A stretch of 64,000 nucleotides of DNA from contig CATXUX010000009.1 of the NCBI GenBank assembly GCA_958402795.1, forward strand, positions 12,697 to 76,696, in the 5' to 3' direction. Positions within the stretch are counted from its first letter, which is position 1, and the number at the start of each line of letters is the position of its first letter. This stretch comes from an uncultured Lachnospiraceae bacterium (GTDB lineage Bacteria; Bacillota; Clostridia; Lachnospirales; Lachnospiraceae). A program made the translations under genes and the position numbers. The notes under the pieces were generated by a model. It saw nothing but the letters and a program-made list of their open reading frames with translations, had not been told where the DNA came from and did not search any database. Positions 8,346 to 18,406 of the stretch are shown in pieces.

Positions 8346-9377
8346 TTATACCTCTTTCCTTTCTGTGGAGTGCTCTTGTAGTTTGCCTTGGCAGAGTGTT
8401 TCCAGCAGATCCAGTTCTTCCTGTGTTTTATGGAGAAGACTTCCGAAAAACAGCTGGAAAAAAGCAAGTGGATCAGTCTGTGTGAGTACGGTTGCATTCG
8501 GCGTCCGGTGGTAAAAGTTCATGGAATCTACTACGGTCTGACCAATTGAGATTCCCTGCGTTTCGACGTCGACATAGGCGTCAAAGCCGCTGCAGAGATT
8601 CCGGTTTGCAAAGTAGGCGACTGCCAGCGGATCATTGATGACGCAGCCGATCAGATGCTCCCATTCCCAGTGGAAATCAAAGTAAAACCGGGTGATCTGC
8701 TCTACGAATTTCCCATGACGCGGATCCAGCCGTTTGAGATAGGCGAGAAGGTCCGGGGTGAGGACGATCTGCCTTGTCACATCAAGACCTGCCATATGGA
8801 GTTTTTGGAGTCCGCATTGTTTTTTTGCATTTTCTTCAAGTGTGTGGAACACAAGGGCAGCAGCGTCCGGATCTGCCCAGTAGTTGTATTCTGCTACCGG
8901 GGAGCAGTTGCCGTGACTTCGAAAGTTTCCACCCATGGATACGAGTTCTTCGATCCGGTCAAATGCGGACCGGTCAGTCTGGATCAGTTGCGCCAGATTG
9001 GTAAGCGGGCCCAGTGCAATGACAGAGCAGGTCTCGTTTTGAAGTGTGTCGGACAAGAACTCTACCGCACTTTTTTGCTGCCGGAAGCCGTCCGGCGTCG
9101 GGAGAAAACTCTCTCCGAGACCATCGGAGCCATGAGTATCAAGAGCGTTTACATAGTCACGTTTTAGTGGCTTTTCGGCTCCAAGGTATATCGGCACGTC
9201 AAGTCGGTCCATGTGTTTTAAGACTTTTTTTGCATTCCCAAATCCCATTTCTGTCGGGGAATTTCCGCATACGATCGTGATGCCGGTTACGTCGAGTTCT
9301 TCCATCGACAGTGCCAGCATCAGTGCAAGGCTGTCATCGATTCCGGGATCGCAGTCTATGATAACTTTTCGCTTCAT
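8346..9377 (-). CDS. queK: Nucleoside hydrolase (IUNH family), probable queuosine hydrolase QueK
   Basis: DCDPGIDD motif, LGPLTN, AEYNYWADPDAA, INDPLAV; directly under the preQ1 riboswitch. Confidence 0.8.
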   Translation of the reverse strand: MKRKVIIDCDPGIDDSLALMLALSMEELDVTGITIVCGNSPTEMGFGNAKKVLKHMDRLDVPIYLGAEKPLKRDYVNALDTHGSDGLGESFLPTPDGFRQQKSAVEFLSDTLQNETCSVIALGPLTNLAQLIQTDRSAFDRIEELVSMGGNFRSHGNCSPVAEYNYWADPDAAALVFHTLEENAKKQCGLQKLHMAGLDVTRQIVLTPDLLAYLKRLDPRHGKFVEQITRFYFDFHWEWEHLIGCVINDPLAVAYFANRNLCSGFDAYVDVETQGISIGQTVVDSMNFYHRTPNATVLTQTDPLAFFQLFFGSLLHKTQEELDLLETLCQGKLQEHSTERKEV

Positions 9378-9397
9378 AATGTTCCTTTCTTCCTATA

Positions 9398-9453
9398 ATA
9401 AAAGGCCATGTTTGTTTGTCCGGCGGAAAAATCCAGACAAAACAAACACAGCC
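9398..9453 (-). terminator. Leader terminator of the preQ1 riboswitch
   Basis: Minus strand GGCTGTGTTTGTTTTGTCTGG...CCGGACAAACAAACATGGCC followed by TTTT. Confidence 0.65.
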
Positions 9454-9476
9454 ACAACTGTTGAGTGTGAAATTTG

Positions 9477-9513
9477 CCTAGTTTTTTATACTGGGAGGTT
9501 TTCGAACCAGTAC
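9477..9513 (-). ncRNA. preQ1-I riboswitch
   Basis: Minus strand GUACUGGUUCGAAAACCUCCCAGUAUAAAAAACUAGG: P1 stem, loop and A-rich 3' tail match the class I consensus. Confidence 0.9.
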
Positions 9514-9643
9514 GCCCGCAGGCGGTTGCCATTTGTTACTATAACACAATCGGTTTCGTTTGGAAACCCTTTTTTTACTCATAGCGGTCAAAGATCTGAC
9601 GCTGGATTTGCCGTAAGCAAGCCGTTCCGGAAGATAGCCGGAA

Positions 9644-10996
9644 CTAAAGCAGCGGTGTCATGTAGAGAGGAAGGAACGTGATTCCTTCTTGGATTTTTAA
9701 ATCGCCGGTATGCAGCAGATACGGAATATACGTTTGCTCCGCATATTTGCTGGTAAATTTACGCAGGGATGAGAGTGTGTAGTTTTTGCCGGATTTGACC
9801 TCAATCGGCGAAATATTGTGGCGGGTGCTGATTTTGCTTTTTGCAATCAGAAAATCAATCTCCATGCGGGAATCACTGTCGTCCCGTGAGGGGTTGGAAT
9901 AAAAATATAATTTGTGATGATTTGCAGCAAGCATCTGCGCCACAATATTTTCAATGATCATACCCTGATTTACTTCCAGCTTATCAAACAGCAGTTTTTT
10001 ATAAATTTCTTCACTTACGATGCCATTTTCGTTGAATGCATGACTGATCAATAGTCCGGTATCTGCCATGTAACATTTTAACGTCAGTCGGTCCATATTT
10101 AATTTCAGACCAATATTCGGGGCGGTCGAGTTATAACAGATGTTTGTGATCATAGCATCCTCCAGCCAGAACAGTGCGTCCTCATAATCCCGGAACCGCG
10201 CTTCTTTTTTCAATGAGGACAGTTTAAATTTCTTTTCATGCTTCTGAAGCTGGGCAGGAATTTCATCAAAAATACTCTCGACTTTCATCTCATATCCCGC
10301 TGCGTGTTTGATGATGTCCGCCCGGTAAAGAGTCAGGATATCTCGTTTTATCTGATCAACTTTGTCAAAATCATGTGTATCAATATATTCCTGCACGGCC
10401 TGGGGCATGCCGCCGACGATCAGATATTGGCGGAAGTAATCCATTGCTTTTCGGTGCATGATATGCCCCATCGGTTTTTTCGCGTCGTAACATGTTTGGA
10501 TAATTCCCATGAGCGTGTCATTTCCTAATGCCCACAGAAATTCTTCAAAGTCCATAGGATACATTTTGATATGACGTTCTTCGGACGGAATTACAATGTC
10601 CCGGACATTCTTTTTGATTGACATTAGTGAGCCGGTCTCTATATAATCGTATCTGCCGTCTGCGACGAGATATTTGATGGCGGCGCGTGCTTTTGGAAAA
10701 AGCTGAACTTCGTCAAAAATAATCAGAGATTCATGTTCATACAATTTTACATTATAATAGCCGGACAGGTACATAAATAACAGATCCAGATCATTCAGAT
10801 AATGAACGAACAGATTTTTAATGTCATCTCCAACACGGTTGAAGTCGATCAAAATGTAAGTTTTATATTCTGATTTTGCAAATTCTTCGGCAATGTAACT
10901 TTTTCCAACACGGCGTGCACCGTCGATCAACAAAGCAGTTTTTCCGGTACCGTTCTTTTTCCAGTTTATAAGTTCATAAAAAAGTTTACGCTTCAT
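9644..10996 (-). CDS. AAA ATPase with C-terminal DUF4143 (nuclease-like) domain
   Basis: Walker A GARRVGKS, Walker B IIFDEVQ, YLIVGGMP, KCYMADTGLL and EIDFLI...PIEVKSG. Start 10996 with a GAGAGGAG RBS. Confidence 0.88.
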   Translation of the reverse strand: MKRKLFYELINWKKNGTGKTALLIDGARRVGKSYIAEEFAKSEYKTYILIDFNRVGDDIKNLFVHYLNDLDLLFMYLSGYYNVKLYEHESLIIFDEVQLFPKARAAIKYLVADGRYDYIETGSLMSIKKNVRDIVIPSEERHIKMYPMDFEEFLWALGNDTLMGIIQTCYDAKKPMGHIMHRKAMDYFRQYLIVGGMPQAVQEYIDTHDFDKVDQIKRDILTLYRADIIKHAAGYEMKVESIFDEIPAQLQKHEKKFKLSSLKKEARFRDYEDALFWLEDAMITNICYNSTAPNIGLKLNMDRLTLKCYMADTGLLISHAFNENGIVSEEIYKKLLFDKLEVNQGMIIENIVAQMLAANHHKLYFYSNPSRDDSDSRMEIDFLIAKSKISTRHNISPIEVKSGKNYTLSSLRKFTSKYAEQTYIPYLLHTGDLKIQEGITFLPLYMTPLL

Positions 10997-11025
10997 AAGG
11001 CACTCCTCTCTGATAAACATAAATC

Positions 11026-11134
11026 ACACGAAAACAATATTTTTATAATTATATATTAACACGAAAACAAGAATTTTACAAACACAAATTAACACGAAAA
11101 CAAGATTTATAAAATTATATTATTACACGAAAAC
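11026..11134. repeat. Four ACACGAAAAC direct repeats at an exact 33-bp period
   Basis: Copies start at 11026, 11059, 11092 and 11125, separated by AT-rich spacers, immediately upstream of the AAA/DUF4143 gene. Confidence 0.9.
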
Positions 11135-11390
11135 GAGAAGTTATACGTTTATTATGTACATATTTCCGGGATAATAACGAAATGTTTCAAAATCTTATAT
11201 TTTTTAGTGTAACATATTATACATTCACTAGCCTTTTTGTATTACAATAACAATAAAGTACCCAACAGTTTCTACATTGGTACAGCGAAAAATCCGACAA
11301 GTTAAGGTATTCATTACTTGTTATTCGTTGTATCGGCAATAGGGAAATAGACGGATTGGTTAGAAGTAATACGAGAAAGGAAATAAGACG

Positions 11391-12749
11391 ATGAGAAAGA
11401 AAATCGTTTCGGATAAGCGCTTTTATAGGAAATTGTGGCAGCTTGCGGCTCCGATCGCGTTTCAGAATCTGATGCTGGCGTCTGTGGCTGCGGCCGATGC
11501 GCTGATGCTGGGCAGTGTAGCGCAGAATTCGATGGCGGCGGTATCGCTTGCGACGCAGATTCAGTTTGTTCAGAATATGATCCTGGGTGCGATCATTGCG
11601 CCGATCGTGATCCTGGGAGCGCAGTACTGGGGAAAGAAGGATACAAGGACGGTGAGTGACATTTTCTGCATCGGTCTTCGTCTGAGCGTTGCGGTTTCCG
11701 TGCTGTCTTTTATCGGGTGTGTGTTCTTTCCGCGGTATCTGATGCTGATTTTTACAAATGAAGAGGCTCTGATCGCAATCGGCGTCCGGTATCTGAAAGT
11801 GGCAGGCTGGTCGTATCTGCTCACAGGGATTTCCCAGTGTTATCTTGCGATTATGAAAGTAAGCGAACATGCAGTGCAGACTGCCATGGTAAGCACGGGT
11901 GCGGTTCTCATCAATATTGTGCTCAATGCAGTGTTCATTTTCGGACTTTTCGGCGTTCCGGCGATGGAAGTGCAGGGCGCGGCGGCAGCGACCCTGGTCG
12001 CAAGGATCATAGAACTTGTGTGGGTTGTGTTATTTTCTTATAGAGAAGGGTATATTCATCCGGAGTGGAGCAGATTGTTCATGAGAAACCGGCTGCTGTC
12101 CCATGATTTTCGGAAATGTGCGCTTCCGCTACTGGGCGCCAGCCTGTTCTGGGGAATTGGGTTTACCTCATATTCTGCGTTTATGGGGCATCTCGGAACC
12201 GATGCGGCAGCGGCAAATTCTGTCGCTGCGGTGGTGAGAGACCTCGTGTGCTGTCTCTGTAACGGTCTTGCAAACGGCGGCGGAATTCTTGTGGGAAATG
12301 AGCTTGGCGCAGGGAATCTGGATCAGGGAAAAAAGTACGGAGACCGTCTGGTGAAGATTTCGTTTGTGATCGGGTTCTTTTCTACGGCGGTCATGCTCGC
12401 GGTGACGCCGCTTGTTACGAGTTTTGTGAAAATGACGGCGCAGGCGGAGGAGTATCTGCTCGGAATGATGATTATTATGGCGGTGTATATGATCGGACGT
12501 ACCGTGAATACGATTATCATTAACGGAATCTTTGCGGCGGGCGGAGACACGATGTTTGATATGTACAGCCTGGCGGTCTGTATGTGGGGGATCGCGATCC
12601 CGCTGGCAGCGGCGGGGACGTTCTTTTTGGACTGGCCGGTACTGGTGGTCTATGCGTGTACCTGTCTGGACGAAGTGGGAAAAATTCCATGGGTGTTATA
12701 CCATTACCGTAAATATAAATGGGTAAAAGACCTGACGCGGGAGATGTGA
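11391..12749 (+). CDS. MATE family efflux transporter
   Basis: About 12 hydrophobic segments; LAAPIAFQN, AQYWGKKD, NIVLNAVFIFG and GAAAATL MATE patterns. Confidence 0.9.
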   Translation: MRKKIVSDKRFYRKLWQLAAPIAFQNLMLASVAAADALMLGSVAQNSMAAVSLATQIQFVQNMILGAIIAPIVILGAQYWGKKDTRTVSDIFCIGLRLSVAVSVLSFIGCVFFPRYLMLIFTNEEALIAIGVRYLKVAGWSYLLTGISQCYLAIMKVSEHAVQTAMVSTGAVLINIVLNAVFIFGLFGVPAMEVQGAAAATLVARIIELVWVVLFSYREGYIHPEWSRLFMRNRLLSHDFRKCALPLLGASLFWGIGFTSYSAFMGHLGTDAAAANSVAAVVRDLVCCLCNGLANGGGILVGNELGAGNLDQGKKYGDRLVKISFVIGFFSTAVMLAVTPLVTSFVKMTAQAEEYLLGMMIIMAVYMIGRTVNTIIINGIFAAGGDTMFDMYSLAVCMWGIAIPLAAAGTFFLDWPVLVVYACTCLDEVGKIPWVLYHYRKYKWVKDLTREM

Positions 12750-12785
12750 AACATATCGTAATGATGGAGAGGATGAGGTGATAAT

Positions 12786-13394
12786 ATGGATCATGTAAAA
12801 AGAAAAGAACAGGGACTGCCCTATCGTTATGACGATCCGGCATTATTGGGAGATCAACATATTTTTCAGAATAAAATGGTGGAGTATAATCAAACGCTGC
12901 CTACAGAAACGGAAACGCGTCAGAGACTGTTGAAAGAAGTATTTGCCGAAGTGGGCGAAGGCTGTACGGTGGAGACGCCGCTTCATGCGAACTGGGGGTG
13001 CAGACATGTGCATCTGGGAAAAGGTATTTACATCAATTCCAATGTAACGTTTGTAGATGACGAGCAGATCTTTATCGGGGATTACAGCATGATCTCGCCA
13101 AACGTCGTGTTTACGACATCCGGGCATCCGGTTCTGCCGGTTCTGCGGGAACATCACTATGTCTATAATCTGCCGATCTATGTCGGAAGAAATGTGTGGA
13201 TCGGGACGAATGTAAGCATTATGCCGGGCATAACGATCGGAGACAATTCCGTGATCGGAGCGGGAAGTGTTGTGACGAACGACATTCCGGAAAATGTGGT
13301 GGCATTTGGATCCCCCTGCCGTGTGATCCGGGAAATCGGTGAAAAAGACCGGGAGTTTTTTTACAAAGACCGGAAACTGGACGTCTGGGAGTAG
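12786..13394 (+). CDS. Sugar O-acetyltransferase (maltose/galactoside acetyltransferase family)
   Basis: Hexapeptide repeats: NVWIGTNVSIMPGITIGDNSVIGAGSVVT, VAFGSPCRVIR. Confidence 0.9.
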   Translation: MDHVKRKEQGLPYRYDDPALLGDQHIFQNKMVEYNQTLPTETETRQRLLKEVFAEVGEGCTVETPLHANWGCRHVHLGKGIYINSNVTFVDDEQIFIGDYSMISPNVVFTTSGHPVLPVLREHHYVYNLPIYVGRNVWIGTNVSIMPGITIGDNSVIGAGSVVTNDIPENVVAFGSPCRVIREIGEKDREFFYKDRKLDVWE

Positions 13395-13502
13395 GAGTTC
13401 GCTCATTTTTCTATGAAAAATGGCTACTTTTCGGTGTTTTGCGGGTCTCAAACTCATGTATTGACATGCGAGCATGTCATACATGAGCTTTTGACCCTGG
13501 TA

Positions 13503-14813
13503 TCACAGAATATCAATGTATTCTCCGGCGAGTGCTTTGTTCATGCTTCTTACCGCGCAGAATTTTCCGCACATACTGCAGGTGTCGCTGTGGTCGTCTT
13601 CCGGCTTTCTGCTGTCGCGTATCTGTTTTGCCGTTTCCGGATCCAGAGCGCAGGCAAACTGTGCGTCCCAGTCAAGGTTTCTCCGGGCGTCTGCCATGCG
13701 GTCGTCGATATCCCTTGCTCCGGGGATTCCTTTGGCGATATCAGCCGCGTGTGCGGCGATCTTCGATGCAATGATTCCCTGCTTTACGTCCTCCACATTC
13801 GGAAGAGCGAGGTGTTCCGCCGGTGTGACATAGCAGAGGAACGCCGCGCCGTTCATGGCTGCTACAGCGCCTCCGATGGCGCTGGTGATATGGTCGTATC
13901 CCGGTGCGATATCGGTTACGAGCGGCCCGAGCACATAGAATGGCGCGCCCATGCAGATCGTCTGCTGTACTTTCATATTTGCAGCGATCTGATCCAGCGG
14001 CACATGCCCCGGACCTTCCACCATCACCTGAACGTTATGATTCCATGCGCGTTTCGTCAGTTCTCCCAGACGGACCAGTTCCTCAATCTGACATACGTCA
14101 GTTGCATCTGCCAGACACCCCGGACGGCAGGCGTCGCCGAGGGAAATGGTGACGTCGTATTCTTCACAGATGTCGAGGATTTCATCGAAATGCTCGTAGA
14201 ACGGATTTTCTTCTCCGGTCATGCTCATCCATGCGAAGACGAGGCTTCCTCCCCGGCTTACGATATTCATTTTTCTCTTATGTTTTTTAATCTGTTCGAT
14301 GGTCTTTCTTGTAATTCCACAGTGCAGGGTGACAAAATCGACTCCATCCTCTGCATGCATCCGAACGACGTCGATGAAATCCTGCGCCGTCAGTGTCGCC
14401 AGATCCCTCTGGTAGTGGATCACACTGTCATAGACCGGCACAGTGCCGATCATGGCGGGACATTCGCTGGTCAGTTTCCGGCGGAACGGCTGTGTGTCGC
14501 CGTGGCTGGACAAATCCATGATTGCCTCCGCGCCCAGATTGACCGCGCTCATGACTTTTTCCATCTCGATATTATAATCTTTGCAGTCTCTTGATACTCC
14601 AAGATTTACATTGATCTTGGTACGCAGCATGCTTCCGACGCCTTCCGGTTCAATGCAGGTATGGTTTTTGTTTGCGCAGATCGCAACTTTCCCTTCTGCC
14701 ACCAGTTTCATCAGCGCCTCAATGGACATGTGCTCCTTTGCCGCAACTTTCTCCAGCTCCGGGGTTACGATCCCTTTGCGTGCCGCGTCCATCTGTGTCG
14801 TGTAATTTCTCAT
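13503..14813 (-). CDS. thiC: Phosphomethylpyrimidine synthase ThiC
   Basis: [56 protein letters not shown]. Confidence 0.97.
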   Translation of the reverse strand: MRNYTTQMDAARKGIVTPELEKVAAKEHMSIEALMKLVAEGKVAICANKNHTCIEPEGVGSMLRTKINVNLGVSRDCKDYNIEMEKVMSAVNLGAEAIMDLSSHGDTQPFRRKLTSECPAMIGTVPVYDSVIHYQRDLATLTAQDFIDVVRMHAEDGVDFVTLHCGITRKTIEQIKKHKRKMNIVSRGGSLVFAWMSMTGEENPFYEHFDEILDICEEYDVTISLGDACRPGCLADATDVCQIEELVRLGELTKRAWNHNVQVMVEGPGHVPLDQIAANMKVQQTICMGAPFYVLGPLVTDIAPGYDHITSAIGGAVAAMNGAAFLCYVTPAEHLALPNVEDVKQGIIASKIAAHAADIAKGIPGARDIDDRMADARRNLDWDAQFACALDPETAKQIRDSRKPEDDHSDTCSMCGKFCAVRSMNKALAGEYIDIL

Positions 14814-14921
14814 GGTATTCTCCTTTTTATGTACACATACATTTTATAATGCGATAGAAGGTGGTGCTCCCAATCTACCGCCGAAACGATCCGCTCGTTT
14901 CTGTAAGTTATGGCTGTATTC

Positions 14922-15425
14922 TCAGACAGAGATCACGTGCATAACGCCGCCTTTTTCCAGAACGGTGATCAGCACATAGGCGAGAATACTGCCGGCCACT
15001 GTAGAAACAAGAAATGGCACAACATAAACAAACAGGCCTACAGGCTCCAGTCCCATGAGCAGTTTCGCAACCGGATAAGCAGCGATTCCGCCAAGAACGC
15101 CGGTGCCGAAGGCTTCTGCGATGCAGGTCAGGCTCAGTTTCTTTGAGAACTTATAAACCAGTCCGCAGCAGAGTGCGCCGACCATGCTTCCCGGAAATGC
15201 CATGAGGCTTCCCAGACCAAGCAGGTTACGCAGCAGGCTTGCACAAAATGCGATTCCAACGCTCCATCCCGGACCAAGAAGCACAGCAGCAAGAATATTT
15301 ACCATGTGCTGTACCGGCGCGCATTTGCTTCCGGCGATGGGAAAACTGATCAGACTTCCCACGACGGCAAGGGCAGTAAATACACCTGCATACGCCAGTT
15401 TTTTGACTGTGTCATTCTGTTTCAT
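14922..15425 (-). CDS. thiW: ECF thiamine/thiazole transporter S component ThiW
   Basis: KCAPVQHMVNILAAVLLGP, AFPGSMVGA, EAFGTG; under the TPP riboswitch. Confidence 0.92.
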   Translation of the reverse strand: MKQNDTVKKLAYAGVFTALAVVGSLISFPIAGSKCAPVQHMVNILAAVLLGPGWSVGIAFCASLLRNLLGLGSLMAFPGSMVGALCCGLVYKFSKKLSLTCIAEAFGTGVLGGIAAYPVAKLLMGLEPVGLFVYVVPFLVSTVAGSILAYVLITVLEKGGVMHVISV

Positions 15426-15459
15426 CTTTGATTGCTCCTCCTTTCCTGCCAGAAATAGA

Positions 15460-15487
15460 AAAAGAGATGCACGCGGGGCATCTCTTG
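15460..15487 (-). terminator. TPP leader terminator
   Basis: Minus strand AAGAGATGC-CCCGCGT-GCATCTCTT followed by T residues. Confidence 0.7.
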
Positions 15488-15504
15488 AAAATACGTATCA
15501 GCAT

Positions 15505-15615
15505 CTCTTCCCTACGTTGGCATTATCCAAATCAGGTTGTGGGTCGAAACAGTTCCCGGCGTGTCCGCCGTGATAGCTTCCTCTCAGCCGGCTTCCTGCC
15601 AGCTCCCCGTAACAG
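15505..15615 (-). ncRNA. TPP riboswitch
   Basis: Minus strand GGGGAGCTG...GCTGAGAG...GACCC..AACCTGATTTGGATAATGCCAACGTAGGGA. Confidence 0.95.
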
Positions 15616-15682
15616 ACAAGGCTCGCTTGCGGGTCTTGTCTTACTTATTATAAGACCAGCAAGGTAAAGATGCAATATTTTT

Positions 15683-16042
15683 TTATATAATGACGCAGAA
15701 GTCTTTTAACATAATTCCTGAGGCGATAAGCAAAATTACGCTTATCGCAATGATAAACAAACTGATCTTTTTATGAAGCGCTTTTCGGGTGAAAGCAACC
15801 CCATTTAAAATAATACAACCGATCGTGCCGCCTAATATCCAGTATAAATTCATGTAGGATGGATGGGCACCGCTGCTTGTTATATTATACGCATCTCGAA
15901 TCATACCCATATTACCCCATGTAAGTAATGTGAAAATGAGCATTGCACAAGATATGATGATAAAAACTGTGTGTATCCTTTTCATGTCGCTCTCTTTTAA
16001 AGTCTGCAAATTGTTGTTATTGTAATTTTTTAGGGACTCCAT
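15683..16042 (-). CDS. Small hypothetical membrane protein (about 3 TM segments)
   Basis: AAAGGAG RBS upstream and three hydrophobic stretches; no family recognised. Confidence 0.5.
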   Translation of the reverse strand: MESLKNYNNNNLQTLKESDMKRIHTVFIIISCAMLIFTLLTWGNMGMIRDAYNITSSGAHPSYMNLYWILGGTIGCIILNGVAFTRKALHKKISLFIIAISVILLIASGIMLKDFCVII

Positions 16043-16272
16043 CGAATTTGATCTCCTTTCCGCAGTTTCCTGCTGTTTCTTCGTCGTATCAGATAATTAT
16101 AGTATACCACAAATTTTCTCTTATTTATGATTTTTTCTTAAACGGATGAATTTTGTCCCTAAATGGTGTCATTTATAACCATTGAGGTTGGAAAATAAAA
16201 ATATTGGGGCAAAGAGATTGTCCGGAAGTTTCTTTTTTGCTATACTTGACGTAATAGGAGTGTGAATGCAAA

Positions 16273-17949
16273 ATGGGTGTTTATTTGAATAGTACCAGTG
16301 TGTACGGATTGTTTCAGGAAGACTTTTACCTTACGTATTATGTGGATAAAAGCGAGATCATCAGTGAATTAATTCCTCTTGTGGAGCTGAAACGGAATAT
16401 AAGAGAAAAGACGGGCGTGGATAGGGGAAAAGCGCCTAAGTATGTGACGATCACCAGACCGCGCCGGTTTGGAAAGACGGTCATGGCAAATATGATCGCG
16501 TCTTATTTTGGAAAGGGCGTGGACAGCCATGAAGAATTTGATACATTGAAAGTATCGAAATATCCATGGTACAGAAAACATTTGAATCAGCATAATGTGA
16601 TTCACATTGTGTTTAATGGGATGCCGGATGAAGTAGCGACTTACGCGCAGTATATTGGCCGAATAAAGACGATGTTACTTGACGATTTGATGATCACATA
16701 TCCAAGCGCAAAGATCCGGGAAACTGATGCGGTGTGGGACGCATTGACGAAGGTGTATGAATATTGTAATGGAGAGAAGTTTATCTTTGTGCTTGATGAA
16801 TGGGATTATATCTACCATCAGGACTTTGTTACAGAAGCAGATAAGGAAAGTTTTACGAAATTTCTCAGCAATCTGCTGAAGGATAAGGCGTATGTGGAGA
16901 TGGCGTACATGACGGGAATCTTACCGATTGCCAAGTATTCCAGCGGCTCTGAATTGAATATGTTTTTTGAATATTCTATGGCTGCAAGGGTAAAATACAG
17001 TGAATACTTCGGTTTTACCGATGAAGAAGTGGATGCGCTGTATCAGAGATATCTGGAGACAGAGAGTGACCCAAGGGTAACCCGTGAAGGCTTGGAGATA
17101 TGGTACGATGGCTATCAGACGGCGGGTGGGAAGAAGTTGTATAATCCAAGGTCTGTAGTCGGTGCGTTGAGTGACAATCAATTAGGAAGCTACTGGACGA
17201 GTTCAGGCCCTTATGATGAGATATTCTACTATATAGGGGCAAATACGGATGCAGTGAAGGACGATGTGGCGCTGATGGTGGCGGACAATCCGGTTCCGGC
17301 AAAAGTACAGGAGTATGCGGCGACTTCGATGGAACTAAAGACGCGGGACGAAATCTTTTCCGCGATGGTGGTGTATGGATTCCTGAATTATGATAAGGGA
17401 TACGTTTCCATTCCGAATAAGGAACTGATGGATAAATTCGCGGAAGTTGTCCAGCGAGAACCTTCCATGGGGAATGTTTATAAACTGACGAAAGAGTCGG
17501 GCAGGATGCTTGCCGCTACAAAATCGGGAGACACAAAGACCATGACGGAGCTTATGGAGTATGCCCACAATACACACAGTCCGCTGCAGATGTACAGTGA
17601 TGAGGCGGAATTGGCGTCCATTATCCGGTGGGTGTATCTGAAAGCGCTGGATTCTTACCGGATTGAGCGTGAGGACAAGGCAGGTGTTGGCTATGTTGAT
17701 TTTATTTTCTATCCCTATATCAAGAGCGATGATGCTATCATCATCGAGCTGAAGGTAAACCACTCGGCGGATGAAGCAATTCAGCAGATCAAAGACAGAC
17801 AGTATGCACTGCGGTTTTACGGAAAATTTGGAGAAAATCCGGAGTATACCGGGCGGATTCTTGCAGTTGGTATTGCTTATAACAAAGAGGATCAAAACAA
17901 ACGGCATGAGTGCAAAGTGGAAGTGCTGCGGGAGCGTATAAAGGAATAG
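16273..17949 (+). CDS. AAA-ATPase-like protein with C-terminal PD-(D/E)XK nuclease domain
   Basis: YYVDKS, TRPRRFGKT, FVLDEWD, MTGILPI, WYDGY, YNPRSV and GYVDFIF...IIIELK...AIQQIK. Confidence 0.88.
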   Translation: MGVYLNSTSVYGLFQEDFYLTYYVDKSEIISELIPLVELKRNIREKTGVDRGKAPKYVTITRPRRFGKTVMANMIASYFGKGVDSHEEFDTLKVSKYPWYRKHLNQHNVIHIVFNGMPDEVATYAQYIGRIKTMLLDDLMITYPSAKIRETDAVWDALTKVYEYCNGEKFIFVLDEWDYIYHQDFVTEADKESFTKFLSNLLKDKAYVEMAYMTGILPIAKYSSGSELNMFFEYSMAARVKYSEYFGFTDEEVDALYQRYLETESDPRVTREGLEIWYDGYQTAGGKKLYNPRSVVGALSDNQLGSYWTSSGPYDEIFYYIGANTDAVKDDVALMVADNPVPAKVQEYAATSMELKTRDEIFSAMVVYGFLNYDKGYVSIPNKELMDKFAEVVQREPSMGNVYKLTKESGRMLAATKSGDTKTMTELMEYAHNTHSPLQMYSDEAELASIIRWVYLKALDSYRIEREDKAGVGYVDFIFYPYIKSDDAIIIELKVNHSADEAIQQIKDRQYALRFYGKFGENPEYTGRILAVGIAYNKEDQNKRHECKVEVLRERIKE

Positions 17950-18030
17950 ACCGGGTGAGGATTAAAAAAATCACAAAAATGATTGACAAATCGGTATTTC
18001 TGTAATAAAGTAATAAAAATGAAACAACAA

Positions 18031-18297
18031 AACCGATGAGAAAGACGAGTAGGCTTTAAACAAGATTACAGAGAGCAGCAGACGGTGGGATTGCTGTATG
18101 GCGGTTATTGCTGAATGGACTTTTGAGGGCGGTCCGAAATTGAGAAAAGAGTAGGCACCGACGGGAACCAAACCCGTTACCAATCAGGGACGTATGACTG
18201 TACGTGGAAAGTGGACGATTTGTCAAATTGAGTGGTACCGCGGTAATAATGCATATTATTAGCGTCTCAAGCATTAGCTTGGGGCGCTTCTTTTTAT
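18031..18297 (+). ncRNA. T-box riboswitch with Trp specifier
   Basis: Stem I AGTA and AGAGA...GGTG motifs, GAA-TGG specifier at 18116-18118, T-box AATTGAGTGGTACCGCG at 18226-18242, and terminator 18261-18295. Confidence 0.88.
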
Positions 18298-18406
18298 CCG
18301 CGAAAGCAATGAGCCGGGCGGAAACACGCGATCCAAGATTATGCTGCTTGCAGCAATTCTCTTTCCTATACAGGCAAAAAAGAATCAGAAAAGGAGAGAA
18401 AAGAAA

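Noticed and set aside
11026..11134. Repeat-spacer pattern as a CRISPR array
   Set aside because: The repeat is only 10 bp, the spacers are about 23 bp, AT-rich and similar to each other, and no cas genes are present.
13413..14594. 393-aa + strand ORF
   Set aside because: Antisense shadow of thiC with no recognisable motifs.
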